From Moniliella sp. 'wahieum' (lineage: Eukaryota): a stretch of DNA of 64,000 nucleotides. A program made the position numbers and the translations under genes. Below are positions 50,461 to 61,831 of this stretch, one piece after another. Where the stretch lies: contig RSEE01000015.1 in assembly GCA_003971905.1 (NCBI GenBank), positions 372,001-436,000 of the forward strand. The letters are read 5' to 3'. The stretch's first letter is position 1; each line of letters begins with the position of its first letter. The notes beneath the pieces were generated by a model. The model did not search any database. It saw only the letters and a program-made list of their open reading frames with translations, and was not told the origin of the DNA.

Positions 50461-52880
50461 CTATCTCATCTTCAAGCTTCAAGCTTCATCGACTTCATAT
50501 CAGGTCTCATTTCCGGTCCAGGGCCACTTATTAGTCGGACAGATGACTATAGCCCCAATAAGAACGTGTCCACATAAATTCCTCGAGGAATGTGAAGCGT
50601 CTTTTGAAGAGCTTAATAAAGGTCTGTCCAGCTGTCAACACATGAACATGCTTTTGTCACATGTCTTTGAGCCATATACCAGAAAGAGTTGTTCCGCATC
50701 TCATGTCGTTCGCAGCTCAAAACAGAATAGCTCTCGTCGATAGATTCAACATTTGACCTGCCAGTCGTTCCTTCTTGCAATGTCCTTCTCTCATATACAT
50801 CCAAAGTCAGCCATGCCGCTACTGCGCCATCGATAGGCCTTGGAGGAAGTGTGGGGAGAGACATTGCTTTGAAACTGCCCAAATAACACCATTCCTTTAC
50901 CACCGTCGTGTTATCATAACGACCGGAGGTGAAGGTGTGGCAAAAAATAATACTTTTGTCATGCCGTAGTGGTCGTATTGTTGGGCTATACTGCGGCGAT
51001 ACCGCGGCTGTCTTGAGGCAAACCCCGAGAGCCGGAGCCGCCTGAGCCTCGGGAACGTTGAGAAGGGTGAGAGGTGAGGTACTGTTGATGACGTTGATTA
51101 TTGTGGGCGCTTAATTATTAGCGTGTGTGGTTATGAGGGCAGAGAAGAAGAGAGAGCAGAGATAAAGTTTTTGAAAGGTTTATTTGATTGGCGCGGTTAA
51201 TATGTTGGTGTAGCAGGTGGGCCGAGAGAGTGGGTGCCGATCGGTATGGAGAAAGGAAGAAGGGCGAGGGTTGGGTGTGTTTTCGATTGACAACAATAGG
51301 GTGTGTTGGGCCCCGATCAAAGCGCTGGCATAACATAACACGTCTAGGCGCTGGGACAAAAAAGCCACCCAACAGGCAGTCGGCAGGGGACCGGGGACTG
51401 GGGACCGGGGACTGGGGACCGGTGAGTTCCAAGATGCGAGATGGCCGAGAAGTGAGATCTGAGACCCGAGTATCAACGTATAACCCAACATCCACGCTGC
51501 AACAAAAGCAAAACCTGCCATTCTGGGCATGCCACCCGCGGCACAGTGCGCTCGTGCCAGGTGCCGATCCTGGGCAATGTTATTGATGCTCGCATGCCAG
51601 TCCTTCCGTACCCTGCCGTACATCATCGATCATCCGACACGTTTTGCCGGTGGCCAAGGCAAGCCGAAGCAAATGTCGATCCCATTCGTCATCCGCCCCG
51701 CGGCCCCCAGCCTCCATTCCTGTGCCACTCGGTCTGAGTACCGAGCTCTCCTGAGCCGCTTAGCCGCTCAACCGCTCAGCCGCTCAGCGCCACCCCATTC
51801 CGCGCTTAAGCCAGCCCTCCCGCTATCCTAACCCAATTAAGCAGGTGTGCCGCGTGCCCATAGCCATCCCTTCCTGTAACATAGAATGTTGGGCGCACGA
51901 GGTTGACGGATCAGGGACACAGCCGAGCTGAGCATGGGAGCCTGAGATCGAGCCCCCGTCACTAATCACTAGTCGCTCTGGCTCGCTTCTGGATCTTTTC
52001 CACACGTCATCGCGTCATCCGTACTTGGATGGCTTCCTCTGGTGCTTCCTGTGCGCAGCACTAAGATCGAGGGCAAAATGATCTAGTACTACTGTCGATG
52101 TTCTTTACGAGCTTCTAGTATATTGTCAGTGCATGTCAGTCCTCAGTGAGGATCGAGGAGAGACATTTTACAGTGTCTCTCAGTCGGTTCGCCTGTCAGA
52201 CTTACACATGTTACAGAGAGGGCCTTGTACTTAGTATAGCTACACGCCACTGCACACTGATCGTCTGCTGCCATCTAGCGACAAGAGTGAAACTTCGCAG
52301 AACAGCAGACGCCTATAGTGCCCTTGGGTTGACACATGCCACTATGCCAGCTACAGACCTTAGGTTCTGTACCTTATATTAGCACTGCGTACTCCACGTA
52401 CAAGCGGCAGCTTCTTAGATCCCAACGTTCAAAAAGTAGACAAGGCAGGCAATCATCACTGAAGGAGCGGGCGCAGATCATCCACGGCCCAACTTCATGT
52501 TGCGCCGGCCCTGAGTGCCCAAACCTTTTGCACAATAAGAGAGGTCTGAGCGGTGCACGGAAAGCACGGGCTCACTTAGTTAGAAGGCGTGGAGGAACTG
52601 CGCGAATATGTTCAAGCTGCCATTTGGCCCCATTGTGTACTTGTTCCCATCATCACGTTCAACCACCTTCAAACCGCCCAGGATGATGCTTGAAGCAAGG
52701 TGTGGTTGGGACTTATAGACGAAATTTAAGAAAAAGTGTATATATAGACGGACTGGACCGTTGGTTCCCTCTCCCCCCTTCCACCACCCATCCACTCCGT
52801 CCTTTCCTCTTCGACGTACCCTGGACCCCTCTTCTCTCCTCATCACTCTCGCCTACCCAGCCACGACACCCTCTTTGACA

Positions 52881-53780
52881 ATGAAGTTCACCGCTACGTT
52901 GCTACTTGGCCGTCGTATTGGTCCTGGCTTGCTCTGTCGAGGCTGGTCCCATCGCAACCAACGCCCTACACATCTCCGTCGCCAGGATGACATCCTCGAT
53001 GGCGTTGCCAACGTGGTATCCTTGATGGCCAGATCAAAACAACTTCCAGCACTCATCGAAGCGCGACAACATTGGTGATGGTATTCTCAACGTTGGCGCT
53101 ATTGGCGGAGAGGTAAACAACAACTTCCAAGGTGACAAGGGTGGCGACAACATCCTCGATGGCGTTGCCAACGTTGGTCTCCTTGACGGTCAGATCAACA
53201 ACAACTTCCAGCATCTTCGAAGCGCGACAACATTGGTGATGGTATCCTCAACGTGGCGCTCTCGGAGGAGAGGTGAACAACACTTCCAAGGTGAAACGGT
53301 GACGATATCCTCGACCGGCATTGCCAACGCTGGCATTCTTCACGGTCAGATCAACAATGACTTCCAGCACTCGAAGCGCGACAACATTCTGGATGGAATT
53401 GCCAACGTCGGACTCCTTGGCGGTGAGATCAACAACAAAACTTCCGAAACTCCAAGGGGACAACATTGGCGATGGCCTCCTCAACGGGTGGCGCGATCGG
53501 CGGAGAGAGGAAGGTGAAAACCATTTCCAAGGTGACAACGGTGACGCCATCTCGATGGCCTTGGCAACGCTGGATTCTCACGGTCAATCAACATATGACT
53601 TCCAACACTCGAAGCGCGACAACATTGGTGACGGTGTTGTCAACGTCGGTTTGGGCGGTAAGGTGACAACAACTTCCAAATCCGTAAGGCTCCGCCGCCC
53701 AGCAAGGGTCAGACCAACATCCTCGATGCCTGCTCAACGTTGGTGCCGGGAATGGTGAGGTCAACAACAACTTCAACTGA
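52881..53780 (+). CDS. Secreted Kex2-processed repeat protein (KEP-like peptide precursor), ten ~26-aa repeats; frameshifted in this assembly
   Basis: TATATATA at 52738-52745. Signal peptide MKFTATLLLAVVLVLACSVEA (one indel). RR at 52977; AAGCGC (KR) at 53059, 53220, 53374 and 53612. Repeats DNIGDGILNVGAIGGEVNNNFQ and DNILDGVANVGLLDGQINNNFQH. Ends VNNNFN-TGA. Confidence 0.85.
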
Positions 53781-55510
53781 AAGCCTACCACATTCTTCTC
53801 TCTTGTTCCGACGAGTCGTTAACCCTTAGGTACGGTTACAATAATACACAAAGGCATTCTTCAATAGTGAAGCCATTCAAACAGCCTCGTTTTACCTCTT
53901 TCGGGCGTAACCTCAGGCCGCATCTTGGCAAGGGTGAGTGATGGGGGTTCTGCGGGCCACTGCATCAGTTCAACGTTCATGGGATGAGAGCTCTGTAGCC
54001 TGTTCTGCGCTGAGACACCTGACCATGCACCGGAGTGTGGCACGGCGAAAAACAAACCATCGTGTGGCGGAGGACATTGTCTCTCTCCTTCGTTGCAACC
54101 GAGGGCAGGCTCTTTGAAGTTTGAAGCTTGAAGAGAGGTCTACAGGGACCTGACGCTGGCTTTATTTTACTGTGAGAGGCTCAGGTGGATTCACGCACTG
54201 TGTCGTATAGTAACAGCTCTCACGCCATCCGTCCGTCTGTCGGATGTGAATAGAATTTTGAATCGACTCGGGCCGAGGCGAGGCCACTGGATAGGACGGT
54301 CGCGTACCTGTCGCTGATGAGGGAGCCACCTTTGTGCGTGTGGTAGCAGGTGCGGTAGAGGTGTACTAGGTACTAGCGACCAAGTGAGTTTACAGATGGT
54401 TACGTTGACCACTGCAGGACGTACGTACTGTGGAGTAGACGGAGCAGGGTATATAAAAACGACTGCGGCAGAACGCGTCGCTATTATAGGCAGCAGACCC
54501 AGCGTGACGTGACTCTCCCGAGCCGTTGAAATTTTTTGACATGGGGCCGAGGGCCGCAAAGGTGCCTGTCCCTGTCGGTCCTAACGCTGGGAGAAGAGCA
54601 CGCGGCGCCGATGGTTGCCTGGGCGCCTGAGCGGCCAGACACCCTCCCGCCTGCGTATTGCATGCGCTCCGTTGGTGCCCCACCGAGACACGAAACCGGT
54701 GCTGTTTCCGGTGCCTGTGCCGGGGCCGCGGCCAAGGAGAGCGAGTGGATGGGTGTGGGTGGTTTGTGCTGCGTCATGGATGGGGGGGTGCACATGGGCT
54801 GGGGGGTGGGAGAGACGAGGGGGAGGGTGGCACTGCAGCGGTGTCCTATCTCGTCCCGACCGGGCAGGCGTGTCTTACTGGAGGTTGTATGTTGCCTGGG
54901 TGCGAGGTGAGGGCGTGGGGGAGGCCAGCGGGGCATATTGGCAACGCGTAGCAAATCGCCCCGCCGGGCACTGGGGTGGGGCTGCCGCGTGGCGGCCGGT
55001 GGCTACTGGATGGGTACAACCTGCTCGCAGCCGCCGGCGGGCAGGCGGGCGAACGCCTGCCGTGGCTTCGTCATGGACAGGCGGTGGTGGTGCGCTGAGG
55101 CGCTCGCAGCTGCGCTGGTGCTCGGCCCACCGCAAAGGTCCTCATATTTCACGACGCTGCCAATTTGGATGGCGACCTGGGATGTACCATTTCGGGTGCT
55201 TTTCTCCGGTGCAACGCCTCTTTGGCGGCTGCCTGCCCGTCTCCTGTGCCGTCGACGCCGTGCCTGGGCGCCGCCATGCGCTCGTCTCCTTTCTGCCCTG
55301 CTGTCCCAGGCCAGTGTCGCGGCCAGTAAGCGATAAAAAAAGCGTTGTGCCTGCATTAGTAGTATCTGCTGGCGCACCCACTACCACGGTCGTGTTTTTG
55401 CACACAGGAGTACCCGCACTCCCATATAACCCTCCCCCTTCCTCCCCCACCTCGTGTTCACCCCCGCCCCCAGCTCTCTCTCCGCTTTCGCATCCTCCCG
55501 CGCCTCCACC

Positions 55511-56661
55511 ATGTCCGACGCCTCTGATGCCTGCAGCAAAGACCCGCCCTATGCCGGCAGCATCGGCCTCCGAATCGGCTCCATCTTCATCATCCTAGCC
55601 ACCTCCCTCTTTGCCACCATGTTCCCCGTCGTCACCAAACGCGTGCCCCACGTCAACATCCCCATGTGGGCCTACGACATTTGCCGTTACTTTGGTTCGG
55701 GCGTCATCTTGGCCACCGCCTTTATGCATCTACTTCAGCCTGCGTCCGAAGAGCTTGGATCGCCCTGCCTCAACTCCACCTTCCAAGGCTACCCGTTCGC
55801 CTTCCTCTTCTGCCTCCTCTCTGCTCTGTACGTGCGACCGATCCTCCTTTCTCGCATACCCGCACAGTGTGTACGGCCGCACTAACTCCTGGTCACCCAT
55901 CACAGCCTCATCTTCCTCATCGAAATGCTCGCCTTCCGCTGGGGCATGAAGCTCGCAGATAAACTGGCATACGACCCGCACCAAGGTGGACACCACCATG
56001 CCACCGAGCACATCAACCCGCCCATTGCACCCATTGGCGAGTACACTTCGTCGCCCAGGCAGCAGCCTGACGTGCTGGAGAAGACGGACAAGATGTCCGA
56101 CGAAGAGAACTGGGTCGTGAGTGCACACGATGCTGATTCGGAGCAGACCGAGGCACTGTCGGGAGTGGTGCGTCGCAAATCATTGGTGTGGCCATCCTCG
56201 AGTTTGGTGTCATCTTCCACTCGGTCATCATTGGTCTTACCCTCGGTTCTTCCAGCTCCCAAAGCGACTTTATTACTCTCTTCATTGTCATCATCTTTCA
56301 CCAAATGTTTGAAGGGTTGGGTCTTGGCGTCCGTCTGGCATTTTTGCCTCTTGAAAAGAATTCGTGGATCCCCTTCCTGGGCGCATTGGCCTACCCGTGC
56401 GTCACGCCCATTGGCGAGGCGATCGGGTTGGGTCTGCGCCACACGTACAATGGCAACAGTGCCACGGCCAACTACGTCGAGGGCACACTCGATTCCATCT
56501 CGGCGGGCATTCTGTGCTACACGGCCTTTGTCGAGCTGATTGCCCATGACTTTATATTTAACGACAAGATGCGCAAGGCACCCATCTGGCTGCTCACCCT
56601 CGACATCTTTTATGTCTTCCTCGGCGCAGGCTTGATGGCACTCTTGGCGAAATGGGCCTAA
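55511..56661 (+). CDS. ZIP-family zinc/iron transporter (Zrt1/Zrt2-like)
   Basis: LRIGSIFIIL, YFGSGVILATAFMHLL, His-rich loop GGHHHATEH, ILEFGVIFHSVIIGLTLG, FHQMFEGLGLG, DSISAGIL, MALLAKWA. Intron 55828-55905. Confidence 0.95.
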
Positions 56662-57731
56662 TCGTCTACGATCGATGTTAGTACGTTACTGTACAATAAT
56701 AACCGCACTGACCTATCCAAGATTCCAAGATTGGTACCAAAACGGCTTCAAGTTGCCAGCCCACCAGCCCACACTCGCACGGATGCATCCCCCCCTCTCA
56801 CCTCTTCTTTGCTGTAAAGATTATCCCCCTCTCTCGAGAAGACTGTGTTGCCGCTGCAAGCGCAGTTTCTGCGAGATGCACCCCCCGCTCTCATCTTTGG
56901 GTACTATATAACCTCCCCTTCTTCAATATTCTCACTCCCAGGTCCGTGGGACCTGGCCACGCTGCGATGGGACGAATGACGATACTTGCTCATTCAATGG
57001 GACACGTCGAAACCGTGTTGTCCGTCAAGGCGCACTGGATCATAGATGCATTAACGAAAGGTGCGGCGACTCGGAGATTCCGTAATGTTATACTACTCAT
57101 TGCCTTAGTAGCTCATTCAGAATCGTCAGACTGTTTGTGCAGCCACACTGTTCTACCATCCATTCATCTTCTTTTATACGGTCAGGTCCCGGTCAGGAGG
57201 AGGGAAACATGGTGTTGAAGAAAACTGGTTGAAATGGACGAGACTGTGTGCGGAGATGCCGCCGCCTATCCCCGGGGTGTTGGGACTATGATATAACCTA
57301 CCAACTAGAATGATTTTGATGATACTCCTGCGTCCGTGTTCCAGGGTATAGAGTATCCATTACTGGCCATGACAGCGCGGACGGAGACTCGGTGATGTTG
57401 GCGGTGGAGCCACACGTGTGCTCCTGGCCGGAGACCTGCAGGTTCCTCTGCGATTCCCCTCTCTCCAGGGCGATTACGAGCGCCGTGTTGGCAGGCGAGT
57501 CTCGGCAGTGGCGTTGTTTCTCTTTCTTTGTTCTATGTAGCGGGACTGCTGAGGCGCTGAGGATCAGTCTGAGGCCTGAGGCCGAAGATTAGAAGGCAGA
57601 GGCGTGGGTTGTCGTGTGTGGTGGTAGACGGGAAGGAGAAGGAGGTGAAAGAGGCGCTGGACCTAACGCTACTTACGTACAAGTGATGAGTGAGATCATT
57701 AGCGATTGTCGATTACCGAAAGATAAAAAAT

Positions 57732-57803
57732 TGGACGAACAGGGAATTGAACCCCGGACCTCATGCATGCTAAGCAAGCGCTCTACCCCTGAGCTATCCG
57801 CCC
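57732..57803 (-). tRNA. tRNA-Ala(AGC), intronless
   Basis: GGGCGGATAGCTCAGGGGTAGAGCG-CTTGC-TTAGCAT-GCATG...GGTTCAATTCC...TCGTCCA, with a G3:U70 pair and a T-run terminator. Confidence 0.93.
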
Positions 57804-58362
57804 GTTGACGTGCACTTTACGTTCACGGTTTACCATTTCAACGTACAACTGAACGTCAATCCCCCCCAAGACAACCCCGCCACCATTGTGTAGTACCTCG
57901 TCGGGGCGTCTAAGCCTAACCTATGGCGACACCCATCTTGGCCCGCCTCCATCGAGGCGGGTCTTACAAGTGGTTTGGTGGCGCTTCTAGCATCAGTTGA
58001 ACGTGCTAATATCTAGAATCCACACCGCTGGTTTTAGCGCACTCTTTTGGGGCCGCCGTCACGTCGTCGATCGGTTGTACAAGGGGTTGATGATCTCAAT
58101 ACGGGGGCGTTTCAAGCGACGTTTGTCATACCAATGACACGGTCTGTATGGGCTTTTTACTAGCACTTCCCTCCCTCGCCTTACACGCCTTACACGCACC
58201 GTCCATTGTGACCAAGCATCCATTTCCTCTTCCCGTGTGAAACTGACAAGCACGACGGAAATGAATGAGATAAGATGGGATAAGCGCATGGTCGCCGCAG
58301 AGGATCCCCATCGATCTTTCCCCGTCGCTGTGCACAACCTGGGCAGACCTCTCGACAGTTCG

Positions 58363-60732
58363 CTACCCCATCGTCAGCAACTTGTCAATCGTATCCTCCA
58401 AGTTACCCGCGCACGCCTCCAACATCAACTGGCACACGTTCCGCTCCATGTTGGGGAACATGATGGCCAATGTCTCGAGCTTGGCTTGTTGCTGTTGGTC
58501 TTGCGCCCACGGATTGGGCACCTCATCCCCAAGTGGCGGAAGGGGCAATTGGAAACTGGTCGCGGCCGCGCGCCCCCACCGGTCCGACGAAAAACCAGCT
58601 TCGCCATGCGCTGACGCCGCTTCCGAAGTCGTAGGACGGTCGGAGACAAACGGTAGCAGACGGTTGCGTTGCGACTGAGAAGCGTGCGTGGACGAAGATG
58701 GGCACGAGTTGGGCGGCAGTGCCTCCTCGCCACTACGGGGATCACGCACTTTCTCCCCCGTCTTCCTCTTCCCACCCTGGACTTCAGCACGGAAGTGTCC
58801 GTAGCCTCAGCAACCGGTGCGACGGTTGGTTCCGCCACTGTCGCCTCGGCCCACAGTTTGTTTAACGCTCCAATCGGACGACCAATGCCCATCTTGGCTG
58901 CCTCCCCCGTGCGCTGCAAAAATTGACGAGTGTCCTCGGCAAGAGAGGCGCTGGTCAACGGCGCCGTCAGAGCCCCCAACCCACTCGCCACCGCAGCAGG
59001 GAGGGCAACCCCTTCGCGTGTCCCCCGGTTGGGGCGATGCCGTGGGTGCAGTGGCAGTGGGAGGGATGGAAGTAGCAGCGGAGGTAGAAGGAGTGGTTCC
59101 TGCGTCGGTAAACCACCGATCAGAACGCCTTGAGTGACAGGACCCCCGATCCGGCCATTTCGAGTAGGCCGAATTCCTTGGGAGCCGGGGAGCGTTTCCG
59201 CTCGGCCTCGGCAGCCATGCGAATGGCAGCACGTTCTACTTTTGCTTCAAACTCGTCCAAGGTAAGGTGGGAGAGAGATGAAAAGTCATTTGTTCGAATG
59301 TGATGGCGCCTTGGAGCGAGGTAAGATAATATCCCGCTTCCGAATTCAGTCGCTCAGGACTGCGAAAGTTGGTGATGTACTCGACGTTGCTTACCAGGTG
59401 TGGGCACTTGGCATGCAACACCACAAACACTAACAGAGGCAAGAAGGTGTCGGCACTTGCGTCTTCCTTGAGCTGCCGGATTAAGCCAAAGATCACTTTG
59501 CATACGTTGAGGATGCAGATGAGCTTGTCACGGGGTGCCTGTAGTGGTTGATCTGAGCAACTCTTTGACGGCAAATTCGAGGAAGCCACCTGAAGCGCCG
59601 ATGGGAGGCAGGTCCATATGAGATTCTTCCACCCACGCAAACAGGGCGATTTTTTGGTCCAGGACTGCATCCCGTTCCAAATCGTCCGTCTGGATCGGCC
59701 ATTTCCCTGCGCAGCAACAGCGGGGGAGAAGGTGTAGTTGTACAGCGACTCATCACGAGCTTCTCCATCGCTTCCTTGGCATTGTCAAACTCGACCGCCG
59801 TTTGTTCGCTCCATGGCAAGGTCTGGCTCATGAGATCGGTAATGAACTTGAGAAAGTCCATGACCAGCTGAACCTGGCTCGGACGCGTGTGGGGACGACG
59901 GGCAAAATTGCGAATAATAAAACTGCGCGCGCAGGGGGAGAGGTAGGTTAGGACCCTGTTTCACCTTGACACCTTGACACCTTGGCACCTTGGGCCAGAT
60001 GGACAGACCAGAGGCACATAACATACCTTCGCACATATTCCCCGACTGGCACTGCGCTGCGCAGTTTCATCTGTTCGAGAACTTGTTGAAGTCAAATGGC
60101 ACTTCGGGTGCAGGGTATCGCTGTGCACATGCTCGAGGTGTGCGGGGGGAGGGTTGGCAATTGGGCGAGAGAGGGGGGCGTGGAGGTGTTGGATGACTGC
60201 TGGGCCGGCGAGGAGAGGGGGACAAGTGCACCAGCGGCGGGTTCCTTATCGATCGGCCGAGGGGCGGATGTAGCACCATGCTGTGCGTCTCCCTCTGTTT
60301 CATGGTCTTCTTCCGCTGCCGTAGGAGGCGCAGGAAGAGGACCCTCGTTCACAATGCCGTGGGGAGGGGAAGGAGAAGGGTCGTAGCCAGGCTGAGCCAG
60401 CAGGAGCTCGCCTGCTTGCGCACTCACGTCGGCGCTGGATGGGGAGGGTATGCGCTCTCGACCGACAGGGCGGGTGGATGGTAAGGATGCAAACTGTTCT
60501 TCCGCCGAGGCTCTGGGGGGCTGGTGGGCTGGAGAAAGGGTGATCGGGGAGGGGTGGCAGTTGTGGTGCGGGGGTGCTGCGCCGCGGGCGAGGGCGAGGC
60601 GGGGGGCGAAGAGGAGGGCGATGAGGAGGGCGAAGGCGAGGGCGAAGACGAGAGTGGGAGCGTTGTGAAGGAGACGCTGCGGTCGAGGTAGGCTGCGGGG
60701 GGGCAGCTGCTTGCCCAAGGCCGGGGGGGCAT
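58363..60732 (-). CDS. VPS9: Vps9-domain Rab5 GEF with C-terminal CUE domain
   Basis: PFDFNKF, EFDNAKEAMEKLVMSR, APRDKLICILNVCKVIFGLI, SADTFLPLL, EAGYYLTSLQGAITF; CUE-like LAIMFPNMERNVCQLMLEA...IDKLLTM. Intron 59923-60026. Confidence 0.9.
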
Positions 60733-61831
60733 GGGCGCGGCGCTAGCGGAGGCCAGCAGACGCGCGCGCGCAAAAGCGGTGGCGGCGGGGCAAACGTCCA
60801 GCACTTTTACGTGAAACCAGCCAGCGGCGCTGCTTGCGCCACCAATCCCAGTCACGGGACTGCGGCATGATGAATGTTTCGATTGATGGTCAGACTCAGA
60901 CGACTCAGAGGCTGAGGACCCCGCCAGAACTCTCGTTTCCGATACACATGCCGTCGGCAATAAAAGCCGGTTATTGCACGTTGTATTAGCGAGCAATTGA
61001 GGGCGCTTCAAGTGCGCATCCTCACTGGCGTATAGCCGGGCGACTGCCGGTGGGCGTCGATATTGGTCCGCTTCTATGTGCAGAGGGTGAGTAGTTGCTG
61101 TCGCACTACAGTTGTGTTCGCGTCGTCTCGTCGTCCGTCACCCCTTGTGCACCGACTCCCCTGGCCTCGCTAAACTACCTAGTCCCCATCTGTTGCGATG
61201 ACCGAGGCAGTCGGATTGGCGACTAATTAGGGACTGTGACAGAGACAAGCCGGGAATCAGGCGAGGGCAGGGGGAGGAGGAGGGAAGCAGAGGGTTAGAT
61301 GAAGAGTCGAGAATGGCACGAAGCGGGTAGGAGCCAGCGGGGAATTGAAGCCAAAAGGAGGGGGAAAGGAGACAAGCAACGGATGCCGTTGAGGCTACTC
61401 CCACCCCGCCGGCCGGTGATCCAGGTGACACAACATGCATCATGAATCATGCATCACATATCACAGCCGCCTGTCCTGGCATTGCACTGACGTCATTGCC
61501 TCATACCGGCCATTGCATTGGATGGGCAGTTGCCAGTTTGAAACCAACAGGTCCATAAGGCCTAAGGCCTAAGGCCTCACGCGTCGGCTGACTGATAACC
61601 TAGCAGGAGAAAGGGACAATGCACGGGACATAGCCCCCGTGGCGAGAGGGTTATCCAATGGGGCAGGCGCAATAAACAAGCACCGCTGTCCGAGGGGGCG
61701 ACCCGCCCGACAGCGGAGGGGAGCCGAGCGCGGCGCCAGTCTCGGTTGCGGGCGCTGGGCTGGGATGCTTGCCGGGCGCTGTGCGCTGGCCGACACCTGT
61801 CTTTCCACAAGCCTACGACGGAGTGGTCACA

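Noticed and set aside
52986..53780. Regular ~80-nt periodicity that could resemble a CRISPR array
   Set aside because: Whole units are homologous, vary at synonymous positions and encode peptides. There are no unique spacers or cas genes and the context is eukaryotic.
56781..56900. Three imperfect GATGCAYCCCCCYCTCTC copies downstream of the ZIP gene
   Set aside because: Short, degenerate and irregularly spaced; no function can be supported.
57940..57990. GC hairpin CCCGCCTC/GAGGCGGG followed by CTAG, like a Helitron 3' end
   Set aside because: The CTAG is about 25 nt away, farther than typical, and no 5' end or RepHel remnant is seen.
59962..59993. Four tandem CAAGGT motifs (ZafA-like site) on the minus strand
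   Set aside because: They lie inside a VPS9 intron more than 3 kb downstream of the ZIP gene and are best explained as an 8-bp micro-repeat.
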